A stretch of 64,000 nucleotides of DNA. Origin: Thermoanaerobaculales bacterium (lineage in GTDB: Bacteria > Acidobacteriota > Thermoanaerobaculia > Thermoanaerobaculales > Sulfomarinibacteraceae). The notes beneath the pieces were generated by a model. That model had not been told where the DNA came from. It saw nothing but the letters and a program-made list of their open reading frames with translations, and did no database searches. Numbering within the stretch: position 1 is the stretch's first letter; the number at the start of each line of letters is the position of its first letter. The translations under genes were made by a program, and so were the position numbers. Shown here piece by piece: positions 63,223 to 64,000 of this stretch. The stretch spans positions 484 through 64,483 of the forward strand of contig JARFRM010000199.1 of NCBI GenBank assembly GCA_029287235.1, written 5' to 3'.

Positions 63223-64000
63223 TCAAACTTCAGGCCAACCCTTCGATACGCCAAAAAGTTCGCGGAAGACGGAGGTCGACGCCGTCGCGACTTCTATCGC
63301 GTCCAACACCCAGAGTTCAGCAAGTTGACGGCCGACCTCGACCACAAATGACGACTCGTTTCGCCGTCCCCGGTAAGGAACTGGAGCGAGGAACGGGCTG
63401 TCGGTCTCGACCATCACCTGTGCCGGCGGCAGGACGGCGGCCATTTCCCGGATGTTGTCGGCTTTCTTGAAGGTCACCATTCCGGAAATGCCGACCACCA
63501 GCCCCAGCTCCAGAATCCTGAGGGCTTCCTGCGGACCCTCGGTGAAAGAGTGGGCCACGCCGTACAAGCGGGAATCTCGGGAGGCGAGAGCGGGCTCGAG
63601 GTCGAACCATGAATCCCGGTTGTGGAGCACCACCGGGAGGCCCGCCTCGACGGCAAGATCGAGCTGCCACTCGAGGGCGGTGATCTGGTCCTCCCTGGGC
63701 GAGTTCATGTAGTGGTAGTCAAGACCGATCTCTCCGACCGCCACGACCTCTGAGCGAGCGATAGCCCGTTCGATTCGAGCCTTGACGGTAGCGTCGAGTC
63801 TCGCAGCTTCGTGGGGGTGAATCCCGGCCGCCGCCACCACCGATCCCGGAAAATCGGCGGCGATGCCGACGGCATCATCGAGGTCGTCGGGGCTGGTGGC
63901 CGGCACCAGCACCCCACGGACTCCCCGGACGGCCGCCCGATCCAGGACATCGGGCACCTCAGCCCTGGAGAACATGGTGAGATGGGCGTGTGAATCGACC
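63223..64000 (-). CDS. tatD: TatD-family metal-dependent hydrolase (5' end beyond window)
   Basis: Reverse translation at the window edge gives VDSHAHL, the TatD N-terminal motif, so the gene starts past 64000. GIHPHEA, GEIGLDYH, VLHNRDS and VETDSPFLAP blocks are present. Confidence 0.85.
   Translation of the reverse strand, partial: VDSHAHLTMFSRAEVPDVLDRAAVRGVRGVLVPATSPDDLDDAVGIAADFPGSVVAAAGIHPHEAARLDATVKARIERAIARSEVVAVGEIGLDYHYMNSPREDQITALEWQLDLAVEAGLPVVLHNRDSWFDLEPALASRDSRLYGVAHSFTEGPQEALRILELGLVVGISGMVTFKKADNIREMAAVLPPAQVMVETDSPFLAPVPYRGRRNESSFVVEVGRQLAELWVLDAIEVATASTSVFRELFGVSKGWPEV

Noticed and set aside
1-64000. Search for mobile elements, prophage, toxin-antitoxin, restriction-modification or other defence modules.
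   Set aside because: No transposase, integrase, recombinase, phage structural, nuclease/helicase defence-type or TA-like ORFs were recognisable in any frame. Gene content is overwhelmingly housekeeping.

Overview
This is a high-GC, densely coding bacterial chromosomal segment, probably from an uncultivated lineage that I cannot assign from sequence alone. I support about 55 protein-coding genes on both strands, nearly all core or housekeeping. They include valS, topA, rpmG, rsmB-fmt, meaB, mutY, trkHA, hemH, pssA, uppS, ggt, nifUS, msrB, a glutamate dehydrogenase, ilvE, alr and tatD. The rest are redox, iron and stress genes, an ECF sigma/anti-sigma pair, and several lipoproteins of unknown function.

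I found no rRNA, tRNA, CRISPR array, transposase, integrase, prophage or recognisable defence genes. The one clear RNA element is a cobalamin riboswitch with its own intrinsic terminator, upstream of a BtuFCD-like ABC importer on the minus strand.

The unusual content is mostly non-coding:
- A set of intergenic cassettes built from short tandem oligomers arranged as inverted arms. One still carries a truncated four-helix-bundle (23S-IVS-type) gene.
- A 22-unit 8-bp microsatellite lying in a 181-nt G-free tract that mimics the anti-Shine-Dalgarno sequence.
- A dispersed roughly 30-bp repeat family located upstream of three genes.
- Several long perfect palindromes.

The coding-side candidates are:
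- An orphan-family radical SAM fusion translationally coupled to a QueD-like gene that appears to lack the catalytic Cys.
- A small internally duplicated basic-tailed protein in an AT-rich island.
- A possible unannotated small ORF coupled to nifU.

I do not see a convincing new multi-gene system. These are leads, and all homology calls come from motif recognition by eye, not from searches. Many long ORFs in the six-frame track are antisense shadows typical of high-GC DNA and were rejected.
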